IMG/VR virus record: IMGVR_UViG_3300028172_000069
Length of the DNA stretch: 64,000 nt
DNA from: a virus
Taxonomy: Duplodnaviria; Caudoviricetes
Strand: one strand, 5' to 3'
A program made the translations under genes and the position numbers. Positions 1 through 9,021 of this stretch are shown here, one piece after another (positions within the stretch are counted from its first letter, which is position 1; every line of letters starts with the position of its first letter). The notes beneath the pieces were generated by a model. That model worked only from the letters and a program-made list of their open reading frames with translations, was not told the origin of the DNA and ran no database searches.

Positions 1-42
1 GTGCGCTGCCGGGCGTGTACCCAGACCGCAAGGAGACCGACA

Positions 43-243
43 ATGGCTAAGTCCCACGAGTTTTCCATGGAGTGCGTCAATGGCGGGCGTGGCAGTCACG
101 GCACTGTCGGCCAGCTCGACGGCGGCTTCCGCTTCTACGTCTGCCTTGATGGTCAGTATGCCGACACCGTCATGCCACGTGCATCGCTGGTCGAAATGCG
201 TGACGCGATCAACAAGGCGCTTGAGGAGACACCAGATGCCTAG
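43..243 (+). CDS. hypothetical protein
   Basis: ATG at 43 preceded by AGGAG RBS; stop overlaps the start of the next gene. Confidence 0.6.
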   Translation: MAKSHEFSMECVNGGRGSHGTVGQLDGGFRFYVCLDGQYADTVMPRASLVEMRDAINKALEETPDA

Positions 244-574
244 GCGCTACTACAAAGGGCGCGTGAGCAAAGGCATGGCGTCGATCCCAGATGGCCCACG
301 CTACTACATCTGGACGCGCTACGATGCAGAGCGCCAAGTGTACATCGCCACCTTCCCTGACTTAGTAAACGTGGCAAGTGCCGAAGGTGCGTCGATTACC
401 GAAGCGTGCCTTGCTGTGCAGGCCAACTTCAACGCGCTGAACTACAACCCACCACGCCTTCCAAAGCAGCGCATGTACACTGACATGGTGAACAAGCCGG
501 AATTCAAAGGCGGTAGCTGGAGCACGTACTATCCGAAGTTCTCTAGCGTGCGCTTGGGTGACATTGACTACTAG
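236..574 (+). CDS. HicB-like antitoxin-fold protein
   Basis: YIATFPDLVNVASAEGASITEA...PPRLP resembles the HicB N-terminal pattern (Y.v.fPDL..c.t.G.t.eEA...iP.p); GAGGAG RBS before ATG 236. Confidence 0.6.
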   Translation: MPRRYYKGRVSKGMASIPDGPRYYIWTRYDAERQVYIATFPDLVNVASAEGASITEACLAVQANFNALNYNPPRLPKQRMYTDMVNKPEFKGGSWSTYYPKFSSVRLGDIDY

Positions 575-582
575 GAGTCTAC

Positions 583-1053
583 ATGGCAAAGATCACGCAG
601 GAAGAAGCTGAGGCAATGCTCCAACGCAACAACATCGCAGTGACGGACGAGAATATCCGTTTGACCATGACGATGGTTGCGCTTGACATATCGGAAGACT
701 TCCTCAAGGACTCGTTCAACGTGAGTCCTGAGGTGGCCGAAATGTTTGACAACCATACCCGCCTTCGCGAGGGTGCAAAGAAGTCATTGAAGTCATTCTC
801 CACGCGCATCTTGGATGCACTGCTCGCATCTGGCAAGACGTTGTTGATTACCAACAGCCAGCGAGAAGGTGAGAAGCCTCGTGTCGATGTGGACTTGATT
901 GACAAGGACACTGTGCGCAATATTCTCAGCATGGGACCAAAGCATTCGATAGGAGCGTTCCAGTATGATAGGTCCCGGATTGTTCGATTCAATGAACAAA
1001 CTGGGGAGACTATCCCTAGTCAACATGAAGGTGGACCGTCCACCAAGCACTAG
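583..1053 (+). CDS. hypothetical protein
   Basis: 156-aa ORF, AGGAG RBS, phage-like codon use. Confidence 0.75.
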   Translation: MAKITQEEAEAMLQRNNIAVTDENIRLTMTMVALDISEDFLKDSFNVSPEVAEMFDNHTRLREGAKKSLKSFSTRILDALLASGKTLLITNSQREGEKPRVDVDLIDKDTVRNILSMGPKHSIGAFQYDRSRIVRFNEQTGETIPSQHEGGPSTKH

Positions 1054-1339
1054 GAAGACAGTCACCATCTACATCGGTAGGCCCAGTGTGTTGCAGAACC
1101 GCTGGCCTACTCCGTATTACGGCACACGCAGCGAAGTATGCGACCGCTATGATCGCTGGCTGGAGAAGCGTGTTGCCAAGAACAATCGCCGCATCATGGC
1201 TGAACTTAATCGCATCGCCGATCTAGTCGAAACTGGTTATGATGTGGTGCTTGAGTGTTACTGCAAACCCAAACGCTGTCACGGTGATAGCGTCCTCAAA
1301 CAAGTTCGCCTCATATTGAAGAACAGGAGTAAGCGATGA
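1025..1339 (+). CDS. DUF4326-family protein
   Basis: IYIGRPS...NRW...R..VCDRY..WL...LECYCKPKRCHGD matches the DUF4326 pattern (YIGR, CwC.P..CHgD); start uncertain. Confidence 0.75.
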   Translation: MKVDRPPSTRKTVTIYIGRPSVLQNRWPTPYYGTRSEVCDRYDRWLEKRVAKNNRRIMAELNRIADLVETGYDVVLECYCKPKRCHGDSVLKQVRLILKNRSKR

Positions 1340-1947
1340 AAGAAGTATTTGTGGCAGCAGCCGCAGCACTGGTACTGGTCGGGTGTGAGCAACAGGACGA
1401 GCCGCCTACGCCTGAGGAAGAGGCGAAGTACCTTGAAGATCAGGCTGCATCCGCAACTCGACAGCAGATGGCTGCCGATCAGGAAGACCTGAAACAGACC
1501 GTTGCCGAACTGCGCAAGAAGGACCCGTCTGTCAAAGATGCCTACTTCACCTACAACGAAAAGGGTGAGAAGGAACTCAACATCGTGCGCGAAGAAGCCA
1601 ACGGGTCGAGTTCCAGTTCCGTATGGCCACTGCTCGCTGGTGCAGCTACTGGCTACGCAGTCGCGTCGATGATGAACAATCGTGGTGGCTACAGCGGGTA
1701 TGCGGCATCGAATCCTCCACGCTCCTACCAGTCGTATGCGGACGAGGATGATCGTCGCCGTCGTACAAACGCAGGTACCGCAGCGTACACGTCCACCATG
1801 ATGAACAACAATCGTTCTGCGATCCGGTCGTCGCCAAGCTTCCGCAGCTCGGCTACAAAGGCAGTTATCTCCTCCCGCACTTCGGGAGTTTTCGCAGGTT
1901 CGACTGGCGCTCGTGGCGGCGCGCACGCAGTATCTTCTGGGAGCTAA
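1336..1947 (+). CDS. lipoprotein with Gly/Ser/Arg-rich disordered tail (YgiB/DUF1190-like)
   Basis: Lipobox LVLVG-C; low-complexity C-terminus ending RGGAHAVSSGS; directly upstream of a GSP-synthase-like gene, as in ygiB-ygiC. Confidence 0.65.
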   Translation: MKEVFVAAAAALVLVGCEQQDEPPTPEEEAKYLEDQAASATRQQMAADQEDLKQTVAELRKKDPSVKDAYFTYNEKGEKELNIVREEANGSSSSSVWPLLAGAATGYAVASMMNNRGGYSGYAASNPPRSYQSYADEDDRRRRTNAGTAAYTSTMMNNNRSAIRSSPSFRSSATKAVISSRTSGVFAGSTGARGGAHAVSSGS

Positions 1948-1950
1948 GCA

Positions 1951-3243
1951 ATGCGTATTCAGAATCACCCAATCAATCTGAACCTCGACACCTTGATGGA
2001 CGAGGAGCTGCCGTGGACCCAGGCGTTCTATCGCGAGGCAAACAGCAACGAACTCAAACAGGACGTGCGCGAATACTTCCAGTACGCCACGGAGCACGCG
2101 CACAACATGCCGTTCTACGTCCTCCAGCAGTCGGCCTGCGCCAAAATCGAAACCATCTTCGAGCGCACCTACGCCTGTCTCCACGATGCAGTGGGTATGC
2201 TGTTCAAAGAGAACCGTGCGGTGATCGAGCGCTACATGGGCAGCGAACTTCTGGCCAAGCATCCTGAGTTCCTGGACTATGCGCGCTGGACCTATACGTC
2301 GCGCAGTTCGCACAAGCAACCAATCTACGGGCGCTTCGACGCGGCATTCGATCCTGCGACCAACGAAGTCACTGGCATCTACGAATTCAACGGCGACACT
2401 CCGACCATGCTGTTTGAGTCGGTGAACCTCCAGACGCTGCTGTGTAAGCAAGTGACCGGCGACGAAGAATGCCAGCTCAACAGCCTGTGGCCGCTGATGG
2501 ACGAACTGTTCGGGCATCTTGGGCAAATCCCAGGGCACTCCGCAGTCGTCTTCCATCAAGACTCGTTCGAGGACATGGCGACGTGCGAAACCATCGCGCA
2601 GATCATGAGCCAGATCAACCCGAACGTGTTCTTCGTGGACATTAACGAGCTGGACTTCGATCACTCGGAACCGTCCAAGCCATTCGTCTTCGGCGACTAT
2701 CGCCTGGACGCTGTATTCATCCTGCACCCGTGGGAAGAAATGGTCGAAGCTGCGCCGAGCGTATTCTCCAATTGGGGCAAGTGGTGCCAGAACGTCACCT
2801 TCTTCGAGCCTGCATGGCGCTGGTTCGCATCGAACAAAGGCATCTGGGCGTACATCACCGAGGTCATGAAGTTTGGCGGCCTGTCGCAGTACGCAGACCT
2901 GCCACTGCTCAAGACCTACATGGAGCCGTCGCCGTTCATCAACACGAACGCGCCGTATGTCTCGAAGCCCAATATGGGTCGCATGTCGGCTAACGTCACG
3001 ATCCACACGCAAACCGGTGAAGCGTACACGTCGGAAGGTCCGTACGACGGCACTACCCGTGTCTACCAAGAGTTCTGCCCAGCGCATCAACTCAATGGAC
3101 GCAACGACTTCATCATCGGTATGTTTGTCGTGCCTGACGAAGGCGGCGCCACTTGCACCGCAGCAACGCTGTGCATACGCGAGTTCAACGGCAAGGTGGT
3201 TGGCTGGCACAACGAACGCTGGATTCCCCACTATCTGGAGTAA
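1951..3243 (+). CDS. glutathionylspermidine synthase-like ATP-grasp ligase (YgiC/YjfC family)
   Basis: Motifs YGRFD, YEFNGDTPT..FES, FEPAW...SNKG, YVSKP..GR.SANV. Confidence 0.9.
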   Translation: MRIQNHPINLNLDTLMDEELPWTQAFYREANSNELKQDVREYFQYATEHAHNMPFYVLQQSACAKIETIFERTYACLHDAVGMLFKENRAVIERYMGSELLAKHPEFLDYARWTYTSRSSHKQPIYGRFDAAFDPATNEVTGIYEFNGDTPTMLFESVNLQTLLCKQVTGDEECQLNSLWPLMDELFGHLGQIPGHSAVVFHQDSFEDMATCETIAQIMSQINPNVFFVDINELDFDHSEPSKPFVFGDYRLDAVFILHPWEEMVEAAPSVFSNWGKWCQNVTFFEPAWRWFASNKGIWAYITEVMKFGGLSQYADLPLLKTYMEPSPFINTNAPYVSKPNMGRMSANVTIHTQTGEAYTSEGPYDGTTRVYQEFCPAHQLNGRNDFIIGMFVVPDEGGATCTAATLCIREFNGKVVGWHNERWIPHYLE

Positions 3244-3246
3244 GCG

Positions 3247-3666
3247 ATGACCCGTATCTCATTGGCAAGCCTGCAACTCACTGGGCTCAACAAGCGCGAG
3301 TCTACCGATCTGGTGGCGGTGTTCAACCACGCGGACAACGACGTGTTCCAGACGTATGCCGCCTACAACTTCGTCAACACCGTAGACATTCGCGTGGCGA
3401 TGAAGATGCGCTTCGATGCGTACATGACCAACAAGGCTGCGGAGCTCTGGAAGTCCGTAGAGGTCATCTGCGACGAACGCAACAACACGCCTGACAAGGT
3501 GGAAGAGAATCGGCTGGCAATCGACGTGCTTATCACGTGGCGCAATGGGCAGCACGCGCAACTGCACTACACCTACCACAAGTCGGAGTATGAGGACTTC
3601 GTGAAGAACTTCTCCACGAACATGCTCAACGACCTGGATGCGATTCACGCACGGGAGGGTGAATGA
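3247..3666 (+). CDS. hypothetical protein
   Basis: 139-aa ORF tightly packed in the operon. Confidence 0.75.
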   Translation: MTRISLASLQLTGLNKRESTDLVAVFNHADNDVFQTYAAYNFVNTVDIRVAMKMRFDAYMTNKAAELWKSVEVICDERNNTPDKVEENRLAIDVLITWRNGQHAQLHYTYHKSEYEDFVKNFSTNMLNDLDAIHAREGE

Positions 3667-4397
3667 GTAACCTTCCCGCAGTTCGATCTGCCGTAGCCGA
3701 GCGTGCCAAGCCTCTTGCTGACCTGATCAAGGAGCTGCAGGAAGCGTCGAACGATCCGAAGCTGGAGGGTGAAATTCTCACCCACCTCGACTTCTTCATT
3801 CTCAACGTGCGTGCAGGTTGGCAGGGTCGACTCGGGATCACGGACGTCGTTAAACAAAACGACACCCTGTACTTCGGCAACGGTAAGCAGTACATTCCGC
3901 CACCAAAACGCGATCTAGACATTGCAATGGATAGTGGGTACTCGGAGCAACTGGCTCTCGACATACGCGGCTTCTTTGAAGGTGCGATGCGTGCGATGGA
4001 CCAGTGGCCGTTCCGTGGCTGGTGGCCAAACACCATCAACTTCAACCATCACTCGCTTGATGGTTACGGTTGCGAAACCACTTGGACGTTCCCGCTCTTG
4101 GATTGCTCGCCCGCGTTTGATCGCCAGATGGGTCTGCTGTCGCTGATGATTAACGTCAGCCAAGATATGCAGGACCGCGTGGACGCACTGCTCGCACGCA
4201 CGAAGGGCATGGAGCTCAGCGGGTTCGAGGCGAAGCTCCGTGAGGTGTGTCAGCACTTGAGCGAATTCTACTGGCACGTGCTCACCAACCCGTTCAGTCC
4301 GTGGCGCAACGATCCATTCGCGCAGCCGTATCGTTCGAGCACACAGCAAGAGAATGGCTTGCCACTACATCCAAGGGAGTTGGGCTATGAGGGGTAA
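3663..4397 (+). CDS. hypothetical protein
   Basis: 244-aa ORF, ATGA overlap, GGAGG RBS. Confidence 0.8.
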   Translation: MSNLPAVRSAVAERAKPLADLIKELQEASNDPKLEGEILTHLDFFILNVRAGWQGRLGITDVVKQNDTLYFGNGKQYIPPPKRDLDIAMDSGYSEQLALDIRGFFEGAMRAMDQWPFRGWWPNTINFNHHSLDGYGCETTWTFPLLDCSPAFDRQMGLLSLMINVSQDMQDRVDALLARTKGMELSGFEAKLREVCQHLSEFYWHVLTNPFSPWRNDPFAQPYRSSTQQENGLPLHPRELGYEG

Positions 4398-4683
4398 AGT
4401 GACGGAAGTGAAGTATCCGTGCGTTATCAGCAACGGCATCCAGTGCAAGTGTGGCGGCTTGCTCTGGTCAGTCAACCGACTTGAGGACGAGTACGATCAC
4501 GGCTGCGCAGAACTCGATGGGCCGTGTCCGAAGTGTAAAACAGAATACAAGAAGCCGCACTCTGTTATCCTTGCTGGCGGCGAGTGGCGTGACGACAAGC
4601 AAAAGGTTGAGTACCCAGAGCCGTCACCGCCTGCCGATCTTCGCAATGGTGTCCAAGTCAAAATGGCCCCACTGGAGGCATAA
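4387..4683 (+). CDS. small Cys-rich (Zn-ribbon-like) protein
   Basis: QCKCGG...GPCPKCK Cys pairs; GGAG RBS before ATG 4387. Confidence 0.6.
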   Translation: MRGKVTEVKYPCVISNGIQCKCGGLLWSVNRLEDEYDHGCAELDGPCPKCKTEYKKPHSVILAGGEWRDDKQKVEYPEPSPPADLRNGVQVKMAPLEA

Positions 4684-5330
4684 TGCTTATCAACAACAAC
4701 ACGGGCGTCGCACTGACTTCCCGAGACCTGCAAGACTTCCACCCAGCCGAATTGCGCTATGTGTACGTGCTGGACGGTAGCAACTCTACGCGCAACAAGC
4801 TGGTGGAGCTGCGCAATCTGCCGTTCGACCTGCCTGAGATTCAGCGTCGCCAAATCCCGCACCCGCTGGATGCCCGCTACGGTGAAGTACCAGCAGACAT
4901 TCTCGCGTTCGCTGCGACGGTTGAAGTGCCTGAGTTGGTTGACTTGAGCTGGATCGTGCTCGACACGGACAGCAATCGCGTCATCAAGGCGCCGGAGTTC
5001 AGTGCCGACTATGACACAGTGGTTGTCCAGCTGTACAACTTCGGCGTCGAGCGTCTGCCGATGACCGTAACCAACCTGATGAAGTTTATCGGCAACATCC
5101 GCAAGCGCTATCACAGTGCGCGGGAAGAGCTGATGAACACCTACGGGTTGGAAGTTGATCCGCTGACTACCAAGTTCAAGCAGGACAATGTTATCGCCAT
5201 GTCGCTGGTGATCGAAGAAGACCTGCAGAAGCTCACGTGGGTCGAGAATCACCTCAAGCGTCTCAACAACAAGAACCCGAAGATCGCTTCGGCTGACGCG
5301 GTAGAGCGGGTACGGAAAGCCTACAAATGA
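4683..5330 (+). CDS. hypothetical protein
   Basis: 215-aa ORF, TAATG coupling, GGAGG RBS. Confidence 0.8.
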   Translation: MLINNNTGVALTSRDLQDFHPAELRYVYVLDGSNSTRNKLVELRNLPFDLPEIQRRQIPHPLDARYGEVPADILAFAATVEVPELVDLSWIVLDTDSNRVIKAPEFSADYDTVVVQLYNFGVERLPMTVTNLMKFIGNIRKRYHSAREELMNTYGLEVDPLTTKFKQDNVIAMSLVIEEDLQKLTWVENHLKRLNNKNPKIASADAVERVRKAYK

Positions 5331-5737
5331 GCAAAGCCAACTCACGGTTCAAAGACCGAATAGTCCTGTTTGCTGTGAGCCACACGTTCAAGCGGGTGTA
5401 CATTCTGCGCAACGTCCCACGAAAGATTGCCCGACGTATGACGGACAATGCAGGCAACTCGGGGAAGATTTTGCTATGCCTGTACAACCAATGGTTGGAT
5501 GCTGAGGAGCGCCGTGACGTTCAGTGCGTGCGCTTTGCCAATCTGCTGTCGAAAGACTTCTACCGCGCAATGTATCGCTACGTTGACCACGGCATTGAGC
5601 TAGAGTCGACCGACGAAGGCTTGGATAACTACCAAGTCGTTGGCGATTCGCGCGGTGTGTTGCAATACAAACGTGCGACCGGATGCTTCCTAGATTACAT
5701 CAACGGTTGGAAGAACGGTCACGTCGAAAGGATTTGA
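5327..5737 (+). CDS. hypothetical protein
   Basis: 136-aa ORF, ATGA overlap. Confidence 0.7.
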   Translation: MSKANSRFKDRIVLFAVSHTFKRVYILRNVPRKIARRMTDNAGNSGKILLCLYNQWLDAEERRDVQCVRFANLLSKDFYRAMYRYVDHGIELESTDEGLDNYQVVGDSRGVLQYKRATGCFLDYINGWKNGHVERI

Positions 5738-5740
5738 GGC

Positions 5741-6043
5741 ATGAATTTTAAGCGAACCGTCTACATTCTCGGAGCGATGCACTACGGCTTGGATACGCCG
5801 CAGCAAATTGCAGATCACTCCGGGCTGGAGCTTGTAGCAATCGACAGGTCCATTCGAGACCATGCGAAGAAGTTTGGCATTACCTTCGAAAAAGATTCCG
5901 GTACCAAGCTGCGCGCGACGTACCGTTACAGCGTGACCGACTGGGGTGCACTGAATCCTGACTGGGTACGCGACAACATGGACCGCATCGCGGTTGAACT
6001 TGACCTGCCGAATATGGGTGAACGGAAATGGAAATTCAATTAA
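5741..6043 (+). CDS. winged helix-turn-helix protein (HTH_43-like)
   Basis: TPQQIADHSG...SIRD...FGITF...YSVTDWGALNPDWVRDN resembles HTH_43 (dWG.i...Wv). Confidence 0.6.
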   Translation: MNFKRTVYILGAMHYGLDTPQQIADHSGLELVAIDRSIRDHAKKFGITFEKDSGTKLRATYRYSVTDWGALNPDWVRDNMDRIAVELDLPNMGERKWKFN

Positions 6044-6546
6044 GCGCCAACACGTGGATCGACAATGACGTACTCAACCTGAGCGATCATCAAGTGGTAG
6101 AGCTCCAGCGTATCGCGAGCCTGCCTGGGTTCAGTGGCTTGCTGGAACCCAACCTGAATCAGCGTCGTTCGCGTGGTCCTGTTGTCGTCACGTACCTCAA
6201 CGGCAGCCGTCGTGTGCAGATGCTACTCGGCGTGTACCGCACAATGCCGTGGCCACAAGATCAGCAGTTCACGCAACTGCACCAACGTGACGTGGCGATC
6301 AGCGCGCAGAAGCTGGTTATCCTGAAGGCGCTCAAGTCTCCTTTCAATCAGGAGCTGGGCAACTCGCTGGAAGAAAGTACGGCGCGTGTACAGCGTGCGC
6401 TCCAGCAGGTCAACGCTATGGAGACGATCAGCCCACTGAACGCACTGGAGGTGGCTGCGGTGTTTATTCATCATGCCAACTTGAAGCTGGCGTTTAAGGT
6501 GGTCGAGGACATTGACGAACAAACAGGGGCGCGCCGACATGGATAA
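6028..6546 (+). CDS. hypothetical protein
   Basis: 172-aa ORF overlapping both neighbours. Confidence 0.7.
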   Translation: MEIQLSANTWIDNDVLNLSDHQVVELQRIASLPGFSGLLEPNLNQRRSRGPVVVTYLNGSRRVQMLLGVYRTMPWPQDQQFTQLHQRDVAISAQKLVILKALKSPFNQELGNSLEESTARVQRALQQVNAMETISPLNALEVAAVFIHHANLKLAFKVVEDIDEQTGARRHG

Positions 6547-7273
6547 GATTGCTGGCGATACCGAGTTTGAACAGCACGCCCGTGACGTTCGCCAAGTTGA
6601 GTTCCTTGCGTACCAAGCAGCGCTGCTCTCCTACGAGGGTAACCTGCGCGAGACGCCTGCCGACACGTATCACCCGCTGCCGCCGCTTCCTCCCAAAGGC
6701 TTGCAGGATGCGCTGTTCACCATCAAGCAGTCTCAGGAGTACATCAGCAAGCAGTGGCGTGGTGGAAATGAAATCAACGGCGTTCCCACTCGACGTGATC
6801 TGTACCTTGAACTCTGGACGATGCTCGAACGTCACAAAGAACTGTTGGCGCGGGTTTGTGGTGTGAAGATGCCGCGCGTAGATGACGTGCATGGCTTCCT
6901 GCACACGCAGCGCAACCTAGACAGCAGCGAGTTGATCGCAGAACGTCTGGCCGAGTTTGGCAATCACCACTACCTGCACAAAGGTGACCTGTATGGTGAT
7001 CTGCGCAGAGCCATCGAGGCAATCGACCCAGCCGCTCGCGTCACCATTCACGGCAAGACGCGAACCATGTGGGTGCAGACTGAGTACATCCTGCTAGCGA
7101 TCGGGTACATCGGCGGTGGTTATGTGCTGGCTGCGGGCGCTGACATGGAGCTACCAGAGGGTGTGCAGCGCTTGAGCTACAAGACCTTGATCACGGAGTT
7201 TGCTGTCCGTGCTGAGGAGTGGAAGAACCGTGACGAAGATACGCCGCTGGATCGACTCCTGCGACGTGAATGA
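6539..7273 (+). CDS. hypothetical protein
   Basis: ORF ending just before a terminator; ATG 6539 after AGGGG. Confidence 0.75.
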   Translation: MDKIAGDTEFEQHARDVRQVEFLAYQAALLSYEGNLRETPADTYHPLPPLPPKGLQDALFTIKQSQEYISKQWRGGNEINGVPTRRDLYLELWTMLERHKELLARVCGVKMPRVDDVHGFLHTQRNLDSSELIAERLAEFGNHHYLHKGDLYGDLRRAIEAIDPAARVTIHGKTRTMWVQTEYILLAIGYIGGGYVLAAGADMELPEGVQRLSYKTLITEFAVRAEEWKNRDEDTPLDRLLRRE

Positions 7274-7275
7274 CC

Positions 7276-7312
7276 AAAGGGCGTGTGAGGCTTCGGCTTC
7301 CGCGCCCTTTTT
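7276..7312 (+). terminator. Rho-independent terminator
   Basis: AAAGGGCG...GAGGC-TTCG-GCTTC...CGCCCTTTTT hairpin with a cUUCGg loop and T-tract. Confidence 0.85.
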
Positions 7313-7322
7313 CGTTTGGCAC

Positions 7323-7329
7323 TAATTTA
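7323..7329 (+). promoter_or_regulatory. TAATTTA motif (putative phage promoter)
   Basis: Intergenic, after a terminator and 34 nt before ATG 7363; the same heptamer recurs in sense orientation elsewhere. Confidence 0.45.
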
Positions 7330-7362
7330 TACCCATAATTCCATCAACCGGAGCTTTGGGTA

Positions 7363-7623
7363 ATGATCGCAGAAGCGCTGACACAAGAAGACCGCAACAT
7401 TCTGAGCAAGATGCTGGAAGACATTAAAGCCATCAGCGTGGTCAAGGAGCCAGGGAAGTATTTCGCATTCCTGAAGACAGCCATCAAGGTAGCACAGCGT
7501 CGTGGTGCCAGTAGCTACGCGGATCGTTTCACCGACATGCTGCTGGGTGCGCAGCTCCAGTATCGGGCATACGAAAAGCGCCGTGACCAATATAACCAGA
7601 TGAACAAATCAAAGGTGGCATGA
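7363..7623 (+). CDS. hypothetical protein
   Basis: 86-aa ORF. Confidence 0.7.
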   Translation: MIAEALTQEDRNILSKMLEDIKAISVVKEPGKYFAFLKTAIKVAQRRGASSYADRFTDMLLGAQLQYRAYEKRRDQYNQMNKSKVA

Positions 7624-7970
7624 TGGAGAAGACGACCTACACGTCGATCACTAAGGATGACCTGAACATCCTGGAAGCCCAGATGGTCGAACTGTTTGGC
7701 TGCACTAAGCTCTGGCGTGGTGATGACGGCAAGCTGTTTGCAGAGGGTGGCGGGGACACGTGGTCGGGTGGGGAGTCGGACTTCAACTACGGGCTGCGCA
7801 TTGCGAACAACCTGGGCTTTCGCCAGTATCAAGGGTCGAAGAACAACTGGGAGGCGCGAGTGGGCTTCGTACAGAAGTTTACCACTGGTACGGTGTGGGC
7901 TGATTTCAAAGAGACAAAGGGTTGCAAGGAAATGGGATACCACACGTATCTGCGGATTTTCAGCAACTAA
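7620..7970 (+). CDS. hypothetical protein
   Basis: 116-aa ORF, ATGA overlap, ends at a bidirectional terminator. Confidence 0.75.
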   Translation: MMEKTTYTSITKDDLNILEAQMVELFGCTKLWRGDDGKLFAEGGGDTWSGGESDFNYGLRIANNLGFRQYQGSKNNWEARVGFVQKFTTGTVWADFKETKGCKEMGYHTYLRIFSN

Positions 7971-7973
7971 AGG

Positions 7974-7998
7974 AAAAGGGAGCCTAGGCTCCCTTTTT
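7974..7998. terminator. bidirectional Rho-independent terminator
   Basis: AAAAGGGAGC-CTAG-GCTCCCTTTTT between convergent gene blocks. Confidence 0.9.
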
Positions 7999-8010
7999 CA
8001 GGTCTACGGA

Positions 8011-8421
8011 TTAGCGCAGACGTTGGATGCGGTCTTGGTAGACCTTGATCTTGTGCCGAAGTTCCATGTTCTCGCGGGCATATTCCCACGCATGTTTCTC
8101 GCCAGCTTTCGACGCACGGGCCTTACCCTTCTCGCCAGTCTGGTCAGCAATGATCTTCTTGTTGTGCGCGATCTTCTTCTCCAGCTGCGCAACCATCGAC
8201 TCTAGCTTGTGGATACGATCATCCGCAGCCTTGTCTCGGGTCTTCTTGTCAGTAGCTTTGCGCTTCTGTTTGGCGTAGATGGAGTTTGGATGGTCCTTGA
8301 CGTACTTGTCCTGCTTGCTCTTGGTGAGCTTCGCAAACCAGTTGCCAATGTTGAGCGCCTCAGCGCGATTACGGGCCCGTCTCTTTGGACGAGTCTTGGA
8401 GCGGCGCATCGTGGCAGCCAT
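8011..8421 (-). CDS. Lys/Arg-rich basic protein, candidate DNA-binding head/core protein
   Basis: Very basic; WFAKLTKSKQDKYVKDHPNS module resembles two modules in 57855-59309. Confidence 0.65.
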   Translation of the reverse strand: MAATMRRSKTRPKRRARNRAEALNIGNWFAKLTKSKQDKYVKDHPNSIYAKQKRKATDKKTRDKAADDRIHKLESMVAQLEKKIAHNKKIIADQTGEKGKARASKAGEKHAWEYARENMELRHKIKVYQDRIQRLR

Positions 8422-8422
8422 G

Positions 8423-8623
8423 TTAACCTCGCTTGATCTTCGCTAACCTCTCAGGGAGTAGTTGTTTCACCCTGATCTTTTCTTCGTCGCTGTAGCCATT
8501 CCAGTCGCGCACTTCCGCGAGAGTTCGGCCACACCCTCTGCAATCCTCGTCACTCACACAATGGCTGCAACGGCCAACGCACGGACTTCCTGTGGGTGTA
8601 TCACGATTTCCCATGATGCTCAT
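8423..8623 (-). CDS. DUF1289-family Cys-rich (putative Fe-S) protein
   Basis: SPCVGRC...CRGCGRTLAEVRDW...SDEEK; ATG 8623 overlaps the upstream stop. Confidence 0.8.
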   Translation of the reverse strand: MSIMGNRDTPTGSPCVGRCSHCVSDEDCRGCGRTLAEVRDWNGYSDEEKIRVKQLLPERLAKIKRG

Positions 8624-9018
8624 GTTGCAACGATTCCCCATGCCATGATCAGGACTCTGATCGAAGCAGCAAGGCGAATGGACGTCCACGAACCTCCGAG
8701 CGCAATGGTACCAGTAGCGCCTCGCAGCGCATACCCTGAGCCACTGTTCATATTGAAACTGGAGTTCATGGTCGCCCATATCCTGTCGTAGACGTTTGCT
8801 TGTGCCGCAGCAACTGCGGTCACGCTGACGTGCATCGGTGCAGACGCAAACTTGGCAGCAGACCAGTCAACGGTGAAGTTGCCGTTGGTATCTGTCACCG
8901 CCTCGCCCATCCAGACTCGCAGCGAGCCTGATTTCAATGCACCGTCCTTCGTGTACACGGAGATACCAGGTAGAATCTCCTTGTTCGTAGGTACGATCAC
9001 CTTGCCGTTGATCTTCAT
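8620..9018 (-). CDS. small beta-rich putative virion/fibre-tip protein
   Basis: VWMG...F.V.W...F..AP..VSV...V.IMAWG pattern typical of fibre C-terminal domains. Confidence 0.5.
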   Translation of the reverse strand: MKINGKVIVPTNKEILPGISVYTKDGALKSGSLRVWMGEAVTDTNGNFTVDWSAAKFASAPMHVSVTAVAAAQANVYDRIWATMNSSFNMNSGSGYALRGATGTIALGGSWTSIRLAASIRVLIMAWGIVAT

Positions 9019-9021
9019 GCG

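Noticed and set aside
1279-3231. 650-aa minus-strand ORF
   Set aside because: Antisense shadow of the lipoprotein and GSP-synthase genes caused by GC3 bias; no motifs or RBS
5327-5737. GIY-YIG endonuclease (RVYIL)
   Set aside because: No second YIG motif or conserved Arg/Glu/Asn pattern recognisable
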